Source of the DNA: Antechinus flavipes
Lineage: Eukaryota
Direction: 5' to 3'
DNA length: 64,000 bases
Assembly (NCBI RefSeq): GCF_016432865.1
Contig: NC_067398.1
Coordinates: forward strand, 649,574,001-649,638,000
Made by a program: the position numbers and the translations under genes
Notes under the pieces: model-generated
The model's input: only the letters and a program-made list of their open reading frames with translations
Told to the model about the DNA's origin: nothing
The model's database searches: none
Part shown: positions 51,401-64,000 of the stretch, piece by piece
Layout of the letters: every line of letters begins with the position of its first letter
How positions within the stretch are numbered: the first letter of the stretch is position 1

Positions 51401-53874
51401 AAGCATCACAGTTTCTGGAGGTCAGGGGCAGGACCTAAAAGTCTAGGAAATGGGGAAGTGCCTGGGGAGGAGATGCCTTCAGACGGGTCCTGGGATTAAG
51501 GGCAGGGTCAGTTGGATGACAATTGCTTGTCTCTCTCAGCTGCTGCCATCCCTGCTGCAGCCCCTGCCCCAGGCATTCTGCCTCCTACTGTCTCCACACC
51601 CCCTCCAGCTTCTGAAGCCGAGACCCTGTGGAGCCCCCAGGATTTTTCTGAGAAAGGTGAGCTTGGAGCCGCCTCTTGCTTCCACAGACATTTGGGTTGG
51701 GTCCAAAAGGGGAGGATGAGGTTAAGGAGGGAGCAAGTGGCTCGAAGACCGAGGAAAGGTGGGCAGGATGCGGCAAGGGGCTGGGCTGGGCTCCGCTGAC
51801 CACTCTTCTCTCTTGATGCTCCTGGCAGAGACGCTGACCAACCGGCTGACCCAGGCCATCTGTGGGGGTGATGAGCAGGGAGCAGCTCAAGCAGCAGCTG
51901 CCCTTGCACAGAGGCAAGTGCCTCTCAACATCCTGCTCCAGGAGAGCTGCTTCCCTCCAGGTCCTATCAGGTGAGAGCCTTCTTCCTTTGGCCTTAGTGG
52001 GGAATCATTGTCAGACTTCCCAGCGATCCCAGGCACATGCCCATCCATCGGTTCATCTCTTGGTCCAGGGTGCAGGTCACAGTGGAGGATGCAGCATCAT
52101 CAGCCCACATCTCCCTCCGGGTTCATCCTCACAGTACGATAGCAGCCCTACAAGAACAGGTGAGAGTGGCAGTGGTGGGACTTAGGAGGCTTGGGGGAAA
52201 TGAAAGGGAAGGATAAGGGACCTCATAACTTGGGCTGTTTGGAACTATAGGTGTTCAAAGAATACGGTTTTCCGCCCCGCGTACAACGATGGGTGATAGG
52301 CCGGTGTTTGTGTGCGCCCGAAAGGAGCCTGGCCTCCTACGGGGTGCAGAGAGACGGAGACCCTGCCTTCCTCTATCTCCTTTCTGGGCCCCCTGGGCCT
52401 CACGGCGCTCGTCCTCCAGGTCAGTGACAGCATTAGTAGTCAGGGCTAGGGGCGAGTGGTCTGAAGGTGGAGGCCATTGGGGGATGGAGCATGCCTTCCT
52501 GCCTCATAACCCTCTCACAATTACACAGCCCGGGGACTGGACATTGGCAAGAAGTCAAATGGAGAGATTGGCTCCCTCCTTGGCCAGCAACCAGGGCTTC
52601 CTCCAACCTCCCGTCCAGCCCCCAACCCTTCTGAATCCCTGCAAGTGAGTATTGTGAAGGGTTGGGTGAGGAATGGGACTGGGCTCAAATCCAAGGAAGT
52701 CAGTTTGCCTATATGTCAAAGGGGTTAACTGATCTCTGTTCTGCCTTATCTTTACCTCATATTCCCAATACCTCACATACCTCTCAAGGTGTGATGCCAA
52801 AATGAACATCGATTTAGTCACTCTACTATGTGTAGAGCACCTGCTATGTGCTCCATACAAACTGACAGCTGGCCAAGTTCCTTACTTACGCATTATCTAG
52901 TTTCATTTCCTGATTCACTGTACAGAAGAGCAGACTATAAGAAAGTAAAGTATTTATATAGTGCTTTCAAGGTTTATAAAGCACTTTCGAACTTGTAATT
53001 TTATTCTTACAATTTACCCTGGGAAGTTGGTGCTATTGGGATTTCCAATTTTTAGATGCGCCAACTGAAGGAGACAGTGGTTAAGGGACTTGCCCATGCT
53101 ACAGAGATAATTAAGTATCTGAAGTTGGATTTGAAGTTGTCTTCCTGATACCAGGGCAGCTAAGTGGCAAAGTAGTTAGAATACTGGGCTTGGAATCAGG
53201 AATTATCTTCATGAATTCAAATTCAGCTTCAGACACTTACTAGTCACTGAAGCCTGTTTTCTTCAGTGAAATGAGCTGGAGAAGGAAATGACTATCTTTG
53301 CCAAGAAAACCCCAAATAGAGTCACAAAGAGTCCGATGTGACCGAACAATTTGTCTCTACTGTCATCCCTTGCCAGTTTTAAATCCAGAATCTTGACTCA
53401 TATTCTAGTCCAGAATTCTGGACCCATGGATCCACCCATGGGAAGTGGGGCTGCTATAAAGTATCTTCATAGTAAGTCTCAGGGACTTGTGAAAGGATGG
53501 TTGAATGGTTGAGCTCGGTACTTATTTGTCCTTCTCCTAGGTTGGCTGGTCCTGCCCTTCTTGCACCTTTATCAATGTTCCTGGGCGACCAGGCTGTGAG
53601 ATGTGCAGCACTGAACAACCAGCTTTCCAAAGCCCTCAGCCAGAGGCTCCTGCTCAGCAGCTCCCAAAGGTGGTAAAGTGCTCAGGATTAATCATTAATT
53701 CATGGGTTCAGCAAACATTATGAAATGTTTTGTAGGCAGTGCACTGTGCTAAGGACCAGAACTAACCTCCACTTGTTTCCTCCGCAGATTACAAGGCGGG
53801 GAGAGGACATGACCATTCCCCCCAGCATCAGGTCTCCAGATACCTCCTTTCACATGTTGAGTGAATTCTCCTGA
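50860..53874 (+). CDS. SHARPIN: SHARPIN (LUBAC subunit: PH-like, LTM/UBL and NZF domains), ~412 aa, 9 coding exons
   Basis: Exons 50860-51066, 51193-51373, 51540-51656, 51829-51970, 52069-52159, 52251-52419, 52529-52644, 53541-53669, 53788-53874. Peptides: [67 protein letters not shown], and the NZF motif [20 protein letters not shown]. Use of the last exon is inferred from a strong branch point and acceptor (ACTAAC 53761, ...CCTCCGCAG 53787). Confidence 0.95.
53148..53350 (+). mobile_element. Mar1-type CORE-SINE
   Basis: A tRNA-like head (GGGCAGCTAAGTGGC...GAATTCAAATTCAG) is followed by an RTE-like tail (GAGAAGGAAATG...ATCTTTGCCAAGAAAACCCCAAAT). Confidence 0.7.
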
Positions 53875-53984
53875 CCCAATAAGGTCAAACCAATGGACTA
53901 GAATTAACTTATAGGAGAGTAAAGTCTGACAGTAACTTAAACCCACTTAAACCTGGATGGACAAGATGAAAATTGAACTATAAT

Positions 53985-53990
53985 AATAAA
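53985..53990 (+). terminator. SHARPIN polyadenylation signal AATAAA
   Basis: First canonical hexamer, ~110 nt after the TGA at 53872-74. Confidence 0.55.
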
Positions 53991-54899
53991 AATAACCTAT
54001 CATATTTGGAGAAGACTGTAAAAGCATTTTTATATCCATTATCGACTTAAGACTCCTATGATTGAGGTCTCTCCTGAGCTATGCTAGGAAGGTATTGCTT
54101 CAGCTCAGCAGCATTAAAAACACCTGCTGGGCAGAGTCCTGTGGTCAATACCATCTCCACATGTCTACAAAGAATCCTTGCTCTTCAGAGAATTCAGGAA
54201 GTAAAAATAGAGAACCATAATAAACTTTACCTGACTTCATTAGAGATGAAATCTAAGGTGTTCTGTGAAGTCAGAAGTGTTAGAAGTAACTTTTTTTTGG
54301 AGGGGAGGCCAGTGGATGAGGTTTCCTGCAATAGACAGTTGGGCTTTAAAATAGGATGGGTAAAAATCCACTATGCAGGGATATCTATGGATAGCAAAAA
54401 CCCCAAGGTGGGAATGTGTAGCGTCTGTGTATGAGAATTGTTTGGTTAGAATAATGCCAGGGAAGTAAAGATGTAAAATTTTAGCTTTTCTCAGGAAACT
54501 TGCATAGATAGCTACTGGAGCTTGCAGGACTGATGTAATGAGCTCTTAAGAGTCAGTAGGTAGCATGGGAACATAATCAGAAAATCTACTTAAAAGTTAC
54601 TGAATGATCTAGGTAGCTATTAACAGGAGCCCATGCCAATATGGAGGCAACAGGACTAATAGTCATGGGTGTGAGTGAGGTGCTGAGGAACTGAGAGGAC
54701 TAAGCAACTGGTTAGATATCAAGGGATGAAGATAAAAAGATAACCAAGATGACAGGAGATTGGAGGAATAACTTTTTCTTGTAGTTGGAAAAAATAAACC
54801 CAGTTTTGGATATGTTGAATTTGAGATTTTGGTGAGACATTCAAGGCAGGATACTCTGGCTGGAACCCAAAAGAAAGCTAGAAATATAGCTTGGAGTAT

Positions 54900-55100
54900 T
54901 ACTGACATTTGTAGTCATGACTTAACATCACCGATCCCATTTGGGTTTTTCTTGCCAAAGATAGTGGAGTGGTTTGCCATTTCCTTTTCTGGCTCATTTT
55001 ATAGATGAGGAAACTGAAGTAAATAGGATTAAGTGACTGCCTAAGGTCATTGAAGATGGATCTGAACTCAGATCCTCTTGATTTCAACTCCAGCCTTCCA
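54900..55100 (-). mobile_element. Mar1-type CORE-SINE
   Basis: Reverse-complement tail TTTCTTGCCAAAGATAGTGGAGTGGTTTGCCATTTCC and core GATGAGGAAACTGAAG. Confidence 0.7.
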
Positions 55101-57135
55101 CCCACTCTACAATCTGGTGTTATTATTCACATGGAAATAATTAAAATTGCTAAATGTAGAGTGTAGAGAAAAGGACCATGGAAAGATATCTGGGGAAAGA
55201 TATCTGCCCACTTTAAGAAATATCAGAGAAGAAACAATAGATAACGTAGGAGAACATGGTTGTATTGTAAAACGGTGTAGAGAAGTCAAGGAGAATAAGG
55301 TCTAAACAGGTTTTTGGAATGTGACTGGAAGTCATTAGCAAGCTCAGAGCAATTTTGGCAGAAATTTGTGATGAAAGCCAAGTAAGACATTGAAGGATAG
55401 AAATGTTAAGGAAACAATCAGTATCATCAGGCATTTCATCAGGGGCACTTGAATGGTGCAGTGGATAGACTGCTGGCCTTGGAGTCAAAAGATCAAATCT
55501 TTTCTGTTTCATCTAGAAAATGGAGCTAAAAACATCACCTATCACCTAGGGTAGTTGTGTGAATAAAATTTTGTCAAGTGTTTTGTCAGTTATTTTCAAG
55601 TTTAGCTTTGAAAATGGAGAAGTATTCAATGTTTTTTAGATTTAGGAAAATGTTTGCAGGAGCCAAGGAACAGAGAAATGAAGATATAGGGGATGGGATA
55701 GTGGAATAAAGTTCTGGAGGAGTCAGAAGAGTGAGGATAGCAGGACTGGCCTTAATAAAAAGGGGTAACCATGGAAATCAAAAAGCTAAGAAGAGTCAAA
55801 AAGACTGAAAAAGGTGTGTGGAAGTTCTTTTAAATCACTAAAAAAAAAAAAACATTGTGGCTCAGTGGGGGACAAGGGTTTAGAGACTGAAATTTCAAGC
55901 CTTCCTCAACCATACCTGTACACCAGGCACTGCACTGCTCTGCTCTCAAGAATCTCATTACACAGCATTAAGGGAATACACACGCATTCAAAGATGTTCT
56001 ATGAAAAACTTGAAGGAGATAATTTTCTCCCTCAAAGTGAAAAGTCTATTCCAGGCATTTGGGGCAGAAGAAAGCAAAAACACACGAGAAATATTTGTTA
56101 TCACAGTTTACCTTGAACACAGTATGTAAACAGCAATAGCAAGATTAAAGCTGAAAAAGTAGACTAGAACCCAGTTTTGGAAGGGTTTGCATGCTATTTC
56201 CCATTATTTGTGCTTTTATTCAGTGGAGAACCACTAAAGATTTCTGAGTTGAGATGATATAAGAACAGAATATAAAGAAAAGAAGATTAGAGAAAGCAGT
56301 TGACTGAAACCAGGGAAGTGGCGTTAGGAAGAGAGACAGATCTGAGACACTTGTGGTACAGTTGACAGGACCTTGAAATAATAGAAGCCTGGAGAATGAC
56401 TGATTGAGAATGGAATTGAAAATGACAGAATGTGAGCCTCAGTGTCTAGGAGAATAGAAATATCATTAGTTGCTAATAAAAATCCCACTTATTAAAATAC
56501 AATTTCTTTTCAGATCTTAAGGGGACAAATTAAGGGAACCAAGGATAATGATAACTGCCCTAGAGATGAAGGGATTCCATGGTCTCCCTACTTCTCCAAG
56601 AGAAGGCACATAACTCTTCTTGCCTTGTCTGTGATAGTTTAGAAGATCCTAGGGTACCCAAACCTAGAACTCAATGAGGGCATCTTTTTGTTCAAATTAT
56701 AGAAAACATCAACCTTATTTAAGTCCTATCCTTCCACATTCCTAATATCATCAAGAGAAGTAGAAAGAAAGGAGGGATTGAGGGTTTCCTTCTCTAAGCA
56801 GTCTTGATTCCTACTTCCGATGCTTTCCAGCAGTGTGACCTTGAGCAAATGAACAATTCTAAAGTGGAGAGACTGGTCCTATTTGATCCCTCTCTTTGCA
56901 TCAAGTCCTTACTACTAAAGGGGGAAAAGATTAGCCCCTGCCCAAATCCTAATTTACAAATATCTAAACTGCTTTTAGAGAAGTATAGGCATATTCTATT
57001 TCTCGTTCTTGAGAGCGCTTAAAATCTATTAACATCCAGACCTCTGATGAGCCTAACTTCAAGCTAACCATCTTGAGCTGGTCCTTATTCAGTTTCCTTA
57101 TTTAGCCATTCAAACAGTCACATTGAGAAACTTAA

Positions 57136-57141
57136 TTTATT
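57136..57141 (-). terminator. CYC1 polyadenylation signal AATAAA
   Basis: TTTATT on the plus strand, ~200 nt after the stop codon. Confidence 0.65.
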
Positions 57142-57338
57142 TCTGGTGGGGGGAGGAGGGGACTGGCAATGCTGGTAGGGCAAAGTCAGTTCTTCCACCC
57201 CACCCCCACCCTTGCCCATCCAAGGAGTGATCAGACTGAGCTGGACCTGACTTCCACGCTGACCATTTCTGTGGGACAGGATGTGCCAGGCAGGGCTGAG
57301 GTGAATCAAACCCAAAGTGGGGAAAGATGTCCACATGA

Positions 57339-60300
57339 TCACTTAGGGGGCCGATATGCCAGCTTCCGACTCTTCAGCACTGACCACTTGTGCCTCTTCA
57401 TGGCGTAGATAAGGGGGATCAGCAAGCTGAACATTAGCAGCATCTGGGGAAGGAGACCTCAAAGAGTTCAGGAAGGGAGTCCCTTCCCTCCCTCAATAGG
57501 ATGAGGGCTTCTTGCCAACACCCCACCATTCCCTTTCTTCTTCTCCTTGCCTGCCCCCCAAACCTTCTCCCACCCCAGTTTCTTCCAGGCCTTTATCACC
57601 TTGAGCCCCATGAGTTTGCGATGATCATGTTCTGGTTCAGCAGCCCAACGCAGAAAGGTACACACGTCCTTTGCTACCTGTGACATAGTGGCTGGTGTAC
57701 CTGTGGGGACCACAATAGTGACATGATGAAAGAAAAACACTACTAACAAGGGTTTGCTACTAGAGAGGCCGGAACGCTGAAGGGACTGGGCTCAGAGCAT
57801 TAGGACTATGAGGATAGGTTGACATGGTAAAGTAATGGGCTAACAGGACTTTAGAGTCAGGCAAAGTCTCTTGCAAAGACCCCAAGTTTCCATTTTAATC
57901 CTGATAACAGAAATAGGGAGAAAGGGGGAAAGATCATGGAGTTCAAAGCTAAAAGAGGCCTTAGAATCCATAGCCAAACCCCTTCATGTTTTATGCATGA
58001 TGAAATAAACTCAGAAGGGTAAGGGAATCTCCCAGGGTCATACAGCTAGTAACTAATTAAGGGAACAAGGTATGGGACAAGAGGGATAGGACTCTAGGGA
58101 ATGGGAAGGAGTAAGACATCGGGAGATGGATATAGTAAATAGGGGAAAAGAATAGAAGACATGGAGGAGGGTGGTTTGAAGCTCACCATCATCATACTCA
58201 AGGATCTCATTGTAGATAGGGGGAGCCATGGCAATGGCCTGGCCAGGGAAGTAGGCATTGAAGTGAAGGCCCTCTCGAAGGGAGACTCCAGCAGGTGGGT
58301 CACAGTACCCCGTGAGTAGGGAAAAGACATAATCCTCACCGCCGTGCCTGGTCCAGGACATAGTAGTAAGTATTACAGTTTCCCAACCACACACCCAGGC
58401 TCACCTGCTGGGGTCCTTTAAGTGCAGGACTTCAGCTCCCAGTGACTAGTAAAAAGGGGTTACAGTACCTGGCTCGGATGATATAGCTGAGGTCGGGAGG
58501 TAGTGCCCCATTGTTGGCAGCCCGAGCAGCCTCAGGGTTGGGGTAGGGCTTGGGGAAATAGTCAGAAAGCTTCCCTGGCCTCTTGAACATCTCTCCATCT
58601 TCATTAGGGCCATCCTGAACCTCTATCTAAAACCCAGACATCAGTCTCTAAGTCACCGGGCTATTCAAGTACAGAGTATCCCCAGTCACTCACTCTCCTT
58701 TTCCAAATTCCTCAAAGTATCCTTGGTGATAGCCCAGGCACAGACCCTCTCTCCTATACACCCCCCTTCAAAGAGCCCCCAGTCCTTTTCTATGCTGTAG
58801 ATCAACCTCACACATCTTCCTTACCTCCTCTGCCAGAGCCTTGGCTTCTGATTCAGTGTAGCACACACCCACCAAATGGCGATAAGCCAGGTAATCCATG
58901 CTATGGCAGGAAGAGCACACCTGCTTATAGACCTGGAAGCCCCGGCGAATACTGGAGCAAAAGAAACATGAGAACTCAGGGAAGGCTCAAAGCGACCCTC
59001 CACCCCAAATGTACACACTCCTCTAGAGTAGCCAGCTTACTTTGTTCCCCATTCTACCATCTTCCCCTATCAGAGTTCTCCCCCCTAATTTGAATTCCAC
59101 AGTGGATAACAAAATGCCAGCCCTACCTGCCATGGTCCAAGGAGGAGAGGAGGCCTCGGTGCGACCAGGGGTAGCTTGGTGGGTGTAGTTCCAAGTCCGT
59201 GGCACTTACAGCAGTGTGCAGGGCCACAGCAAGCCCTGCACCTCCCGCTGCCAGCATTCCCAAAGCTGAGAGCACAACCTTCCGGCCCCTCGAGAAGTTT
59301 GAGAATGATGACATTGTGGCAGCCTGCAAGGTACCCACTCACCTCAGAGCTCATGGCACCTCATTCAGGGTTCTATCAGTTCAGTGCCTAACGTTGCTTT
59401 CCCATTCTCTAAGTCCACATGGTCCCAATTGCTTTATAGCCCACCTCCCCTGCCCTGCTTAGCTCAAAGGCGACATCCCAAAGAACAGGTATTTATGTAC
59501 AACCAGATGGACTGCTGCCCTCCTCCCAACCCTGGTCTCCCAAAGGAACAGTGGGGGAAAAAACAGGTCTAGGTTCTAATCTAGACTTTGCTATTGATTC
59601 ATTGTGACTACATACTAAGCAAGGCCATTCCGGGGCTCAAGCTTTCTTACCAGTAAAAGACGATCCCCTAAATTGCTTTTTCCAGCTCTAACTCCTACAA
59701 CATTCCTATATGACTGAAGTACTTTACAGACCCTAGACTTACTTTACCTATCCTGTCAGGGGGGAGGGGAGGCCTAAGGCTCCATTCTAGTCCCTTTCAT
59801 CCCGCACATTTCCCCCACCTCTCAATTCCAGGAGGAGACTAGCCCAGAGGGTTCACCCTACTTAGGATGGATTGAATTTTAAAAGGAGGTTTAGAGAGAG
59901 AAGGGAAACAAAGGAAAAGAAGGGATCCAGTTGGTCTCCTAGGTAAGATAAAGCTCAAGGTCAGTGGTAGATCAGCACAAGCAGAGGTCACGCAGGGACA
60001 CCACAAGTGGGGAGGAGTACAGTGCAGAGTACAGCTCTATGGAGAGCAGACTTGGGGGGGACATCCCAGCCAGGTTTGAGGAAGGGGATGTGTCTCTTTT
60101 TTAAAGGGTCAGAACAGACCTCGCTGACTGAGAAACCTCGACTGGTCTCACTGATGGTCTGACCACTTCCCCTGCTACCACCCATCTCTTCATAGGAGAC
60201 CAGCAGGGATAGAAGCACCGCCCCTTCCCTTCCAGGTCCCACCATCTCCAGCTACCACAACAAGCCAAGGATCCCCAGGATCTCCACGACCCCCACTGTG

Positions 60301-61255
60301 GATCAGGGAAGGCCAGCACAGGCCACAAGCACACTTCCCCGGCTCGAACTCCAGGTTAGAAGCAAGACTCACACAGGGACCCCAGGGCAGGGCCCACGGC
60401 TGGGGGCTCCCAGTGTCCCGTCCCAGAGAGGTATTCTTCGGGGCTGCAGGCAGTTACAAGTACTGCACTTGGAGTCAGCGTTACTCCCTAGTCCACAGTC
60501 CGGAGCCAAGGTCACCTCAGGCTCGGCCCTGGAGAGCTGAGCTCAAGCCCAGGATCTCCGCGGCCCCAAAGGAGGCCAGCACGGGGTCACACTAACTCAG
60601 TGGGCAGAAAGGTCATGGAGGGTCATGCGTAGAAAAAATGGGGTTGTCCTCAAGCTTGGCTTTTCTAGTGACCTCGGGGGCGGGGAGTGGGGATTTAAGG
60701 TGAGGCAGGTAAGGGACCCCTGGGAAGAAGGACCGAGTGAGGTGGGATCCCCAAGGGGCAGGGAAGCGACCCTGAGGAGGGAGATGATGGGGTTGGGGGA
60801 AGCGAGCGGTTCAGCAGCGGGATATTCCCCAACAGGTCCCAGAACTAGAAGTATCCATAGGGGAGAGGAACGGGCAGGGCGGGGATGCCCGGTCAGGGGC
60901 CGGGCTACCGAGCGGGGATACGCCGCCTGGACCGGCACGGGCTGCAGGGCAGGGATCGGGGACACGTCGCTCGAGCTGCAGCGCAGGCACCTCGGAGCCA
61001 CGCCGGAGCCGCGCTGCGAGCCTTCCAGGCCGCTGTCAGACCAGGCCGCGCGCCCGGAGCCGTGACCTTCAGGCGGCCGCGGGGTCTGCCGGGCTGGGCG
61101 CCCGCCGGGGTAGAGAAGAGAAGGGGGCGATGCGCGCTCACCTGAGGCAGCCGCAGCACGAAAGTACCGGGCCTAGTGCCGCCCAAGAGGGTGCGGCCAT
61201 GGGAGCGCGGAAGCCCCAGCACAGAGAAGCGCCCCACAGCCCCGGCCGCCGCCAT
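57339..61255 (-). CDS. CYC1: Cytochrome c1, heme protein, mitochondrial (complex III), 320 aa, 7 exons
   Basis: Exons 61142-61255, 59127-59323, 58825-58951, 58469-58626, 58187-58347, 57600-57700, 57339-57443. All are GT-AG and total 963 nt. The translation has the heme motif [58 protein letters not shown], and ends [19 protein letters not shown]. Confidence 0.98.
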
Positions 61256-61259
61256 CTCG

Positions 61260-61480
61260 GGCCTCCTCAACGCCGCCGCCACTGCCGTCCCGTGAGCCCA
61301 CGCGGCTCCGGCCAAGGAAGGGAAGCCTCGCGAGAACTGCGCCGCCGCAACGGGGCGGGGCTTCAGTGAGCAGGGCCGGGGCCTGACTGCCCAACCCCAA
61401 AGTCACAGAGCTTGAAGGTAGCGGGTGGGGACAGGGAAGCAGTGTCCTGAAGAAGTGCGCCTGCGCAAAGAAGAAACCCT
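61260..61480 (-). promoter_or_regulatory. CYC1 promoter within a CpG island (~60,500-61,480)
   Basis: An NRF1-like TGCGCCTGCGCA lies at 61456-67, a GC box GGGGCGGGGC at ~61352, and a BANP/Kaiso-like CTCGCGAGA at ~61327. NRF1 control is typical of respiratory-chain genes. Confidence 0.65.
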
Positions 61481-61799
61481 CAAAACTTTTGCAAGTGAAT
61501 GGAATCGAATCTGCTCTACCGCCAGAGGGAGATGCAGTAGGGAGCATCGCTCCTGGTTCCCTTTCCAAGGAAGTAGAGATAATTAATGGACTTTTTTCTG
61601 TTGTCATAGAAACAGGCATCCTTTCCTTAGAATATGGGAATGTGATTGTTGCTGCCTTTCTCAGGCAAGTAGAAAATATGGAATACGCTTGAGGGAGGAA
61701 GACGGTTCCTGTAGAACATCTAATCTAGCCCATACCCAACCAGAAATTGTCTCGCCAGCATGCTCAAGAAATGAGCAAAATAAGGATAACATTTCTGTA

Positions 61800-62160
61800 G
61801 AACGTTATCTTTCAATCGCATTTGACAGCACTGATCACCGTTTCTTCTTGGAAACTCCTTTGGGTTTTCATGGAACTTCTTTCTTCTGGTTCTTCCATCT
61901 TTAACGGCTCCTTTTTGGTTTCCTTCCGTCATTCATCTGCAGAGTCGCCTCCGAAGCTCTGTCGTCCTTCTCTCTTGTTTTCACACTCTTACCCGGTGAT
62001 CTCATCAGTTCCTATGGGTTCCATTACAGTCTCTATGACTGTTTTCCAGATCTGTTTATCTCCCGTCACTTCAGAGCTCTAGCCTCACATCACTATTTAC
62101 CTGTTATTAATTGGATTTCTCACAGATATCTCAAACTCAACATGTTACACCCTTATTCCA
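61800..62160 (+). mobile_element. LINE-2 RT fragment
   Basis: CTTTCAATCGCATTTGACAGCACTGATCAC...TTCTTGGAAACT resembles the L2 LSAAFDTVDH..LLE motif, followed by ATCTCAAACTCAACATG. Confidence 0.5.
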
Positions 62161-62639
62161 GTTAAGGGCACCGCCTGGTTTGAAACCTTGCTGCAGTCTT
62201 TGATTCCTCACTTTTCTTCATCCCAAATACCGAATCAGTTTCTAAATATTGTGCTTTTTTCTTTACAACTTCTCTCAAAATGCAAAGAGCTTTGGTTTTG
62301 GAGGCAGAAACTTGCTTTTGATGCTTGTTATCTATGTGATCATAATCATAAGTCATTTAACTTTTCTAGGTCTCAGTTCCCACATCTATAAAAAGAGGGG
62401 ACTAAAATAAATGGTTTCCTGAGTTCCTTCCTTGTCTAAATCAATGATCCTCCGTCTCCACTGGCACAGTCACTACCATAGTTCATACCTTCATCACTTC
62501 TCACTTGGTCACTTATTGTAAGCCTCTTCTCAACATAATTCATCTTTCATATAGCTGCCAAAGTAATTTTCCTGAAGTGAAGATCTGATCACATCACCTC
62601 CCTTCCTTTATTGTTAAATAAATATGAATTCCTCTGACA

Positions 62640-64000
62640 CTTAAATATCTTCACAGATTAATCATTGCTCATGGGTAAGCGGAACAAATATAACAAAATG
62701 ACAATTTTATCTAAATTAATTTACTTAGTGCCATACCAAACTATCAAAAAATGTTTTATAAAGCTAGAAAAAAAACAATAAATTCATTTGCAAAAACAAA
62801 AGGTCAAAAATATCAAGAAAATCAAATAAAAAATATGAAGGTGACCTAGCAGTATCAGATCTCATCAAAACAATCAGCTACTGGCTAAGAAATAGACTAG
62901 TGGATCAGTGGAATAGATTAAGTACACAATACACAGTAGTAAACAATCAGTAATTTAGACTCAAAGATCCCTGCTTTTCCAACAAGAATTCACAATTTGA
63001 CAAAAATTGCTGAGAAAACTGGAAACTACTTGGTGTAGTGGAGAGTGTACCAGCCCTGAAGCCAGGAAGACCTGAGTTCAAATTTGNNNNNNNNNNNNNN
63101 NNNNNNNNNNNNNNNNNNNNNNNNNNNNNNNNNNNNNNNNNNNNNNNNNNNNNNNNNNNNNNNNNNNNNNNNNNNNNNNNNNNNNNNNNNNNNNNNNNNN
63201 NNNNNNNNNNNNNNNNNNNNNNNNNNNNNNNGAGAGTAGATAAAGACTAACATCCCACACCATATACCAAAAATAAGATTTTTTTTTGTACGGCTTGATG
63301 AATATGGAAATATGCTTAGTAGATTGCTTGCTGTCTTGGGAGAATAAATTTAGGGAGGGAGAAAATTTTAGAATACAAAGTTTTGCAAAGGTGAATGTTG
63401 AAAATTACCTTTGTATGTATTTAGAAAAATAAAATACTATTCAAAAAGAAGCATTACAGTGGAAATTGTGATACATAGTTCATTTAAGTTATAGGGAAGT
63501 TGTGATAAGACAGAATCCAATTCATTAAAGCCTTCAATTAAAAAAAAAAAAGAATGTGAGTCATTCCCCAATTGATAAATGGTCAAAGGATATGAACAAG
63601 CAGTTTTCAAAAGAAATCATATCTATCTGTATGGAAAAATGCTCTAAATAATTATTTATTATATTGTAGTATTATCTATTATGACAGAAAATGATAAATG
63701 TTGGAGAGGAGAAATTGGAACACCAATGCATTGTTGATAGAGTTGTGAACTGCTTTAATCATTCTGGACACTAATTTGGAACTATACCTAAAGGGTTCTG
63801 TATACTCCTTTGACCTAGCAATGTATTGTATTCCTGTATTCCAAAGAGATCAAAGGAAAAAGATCTCTATATTTGAAAATATTTATAGTAGCTCTTTTTA
63901 TGGTGGCAAAGATTTGGAAAGTGAGGGGATGTCCATCAACTGGGAACTGGCTGAATAAGTTATGGTACATGATTGTGATGGACTACTATTGTACCGCAAC
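62640..64000 (+). mobile_element. Degraded LINE-1 ORF2 3' region, with a SINE and an assembly gap inserted; runs off the window
   Basis: Matches L1 motifs such as TACTGGCTAAGAAATAGACTAGTGGATCAGTGG, CACACCATATACCAAAA and CCAATTGATAAATGGTCAAAGGATATGAAC. Confidence 0.85.
63087..63231. other. Assembly gap (145 N)
   Basis: Run of N. Confidence 1.

Noticed and set aside
51374-51420. Alternative SHARPIN exon 2 donor at 51420
   Set aside because: It is phase 0 and would shift exon 3 out of frame. The donor at 51373 preserves the protein.
50745-51909. Minus-strand ORFs of 110-152 aa over SHARPIN
   Set aside because: Antisense shadows in a CpG island.
60597-61315. Several 130-150-aa ORFs in CYC1 exon 1/intron 1, including a 20-codon upstream extension
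   Set aside because: GC-rich artefacts. The extension starts at TTG, and the ATG at 61255 gives a normal mitochondrial presequence.
1-64000. CRISPR arrays, tRNA, rRNA or snoRNA genes
   Set aside because: None seen. The 49-bp array has no unique spacers, and the tRNA-like motifs belong to SINE heads or the PBS.

Overview
Mammalian genomic DNA, most likely marsupial (inferred from Mar1-type CORE-SINEs with RTE-like tails and marsupial-style L1 3' ends). It is syntenic with human 8q24.3. Four spliced genes can be assembled by hand from GT-AG-flanked, phase-consistent exons. WDR97 is on the minus strand: about 1,030 codons trace from ~28,883 down to ~10,934, and the C-terminal third could not be traced. 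MAF1 is minus, complete, 259 aa. SHARPIN is plus, complete, ~412 aa. CYC1 is minus, complete, 320 aa. WDR97 intron 11 holds a 7.1-kb class II (betaretrovirus-like) provirus with gag but no pro/RT/env. Its gag is interrupted by an L1 that is itself interrupted by a younger L1, and all three layers keep recognisable target-site duplications. The best leads are this nested insertion, a 49-bp LTR array that repeats the PPT/att junction, a SHARPIN C-terminal tail apparently encoded by what is 3' UTR in human, an ~11.7-kb separation of the MAF1 and SHARPIN promoters, a cryptic ~23-24-nt purine-rich array, and an unexplained 231-codon ORF. I see no convincing wholly new multi-gene system. Comparisons with human proteins are from memory, not from a search. 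There is one 145-N assembly gap.
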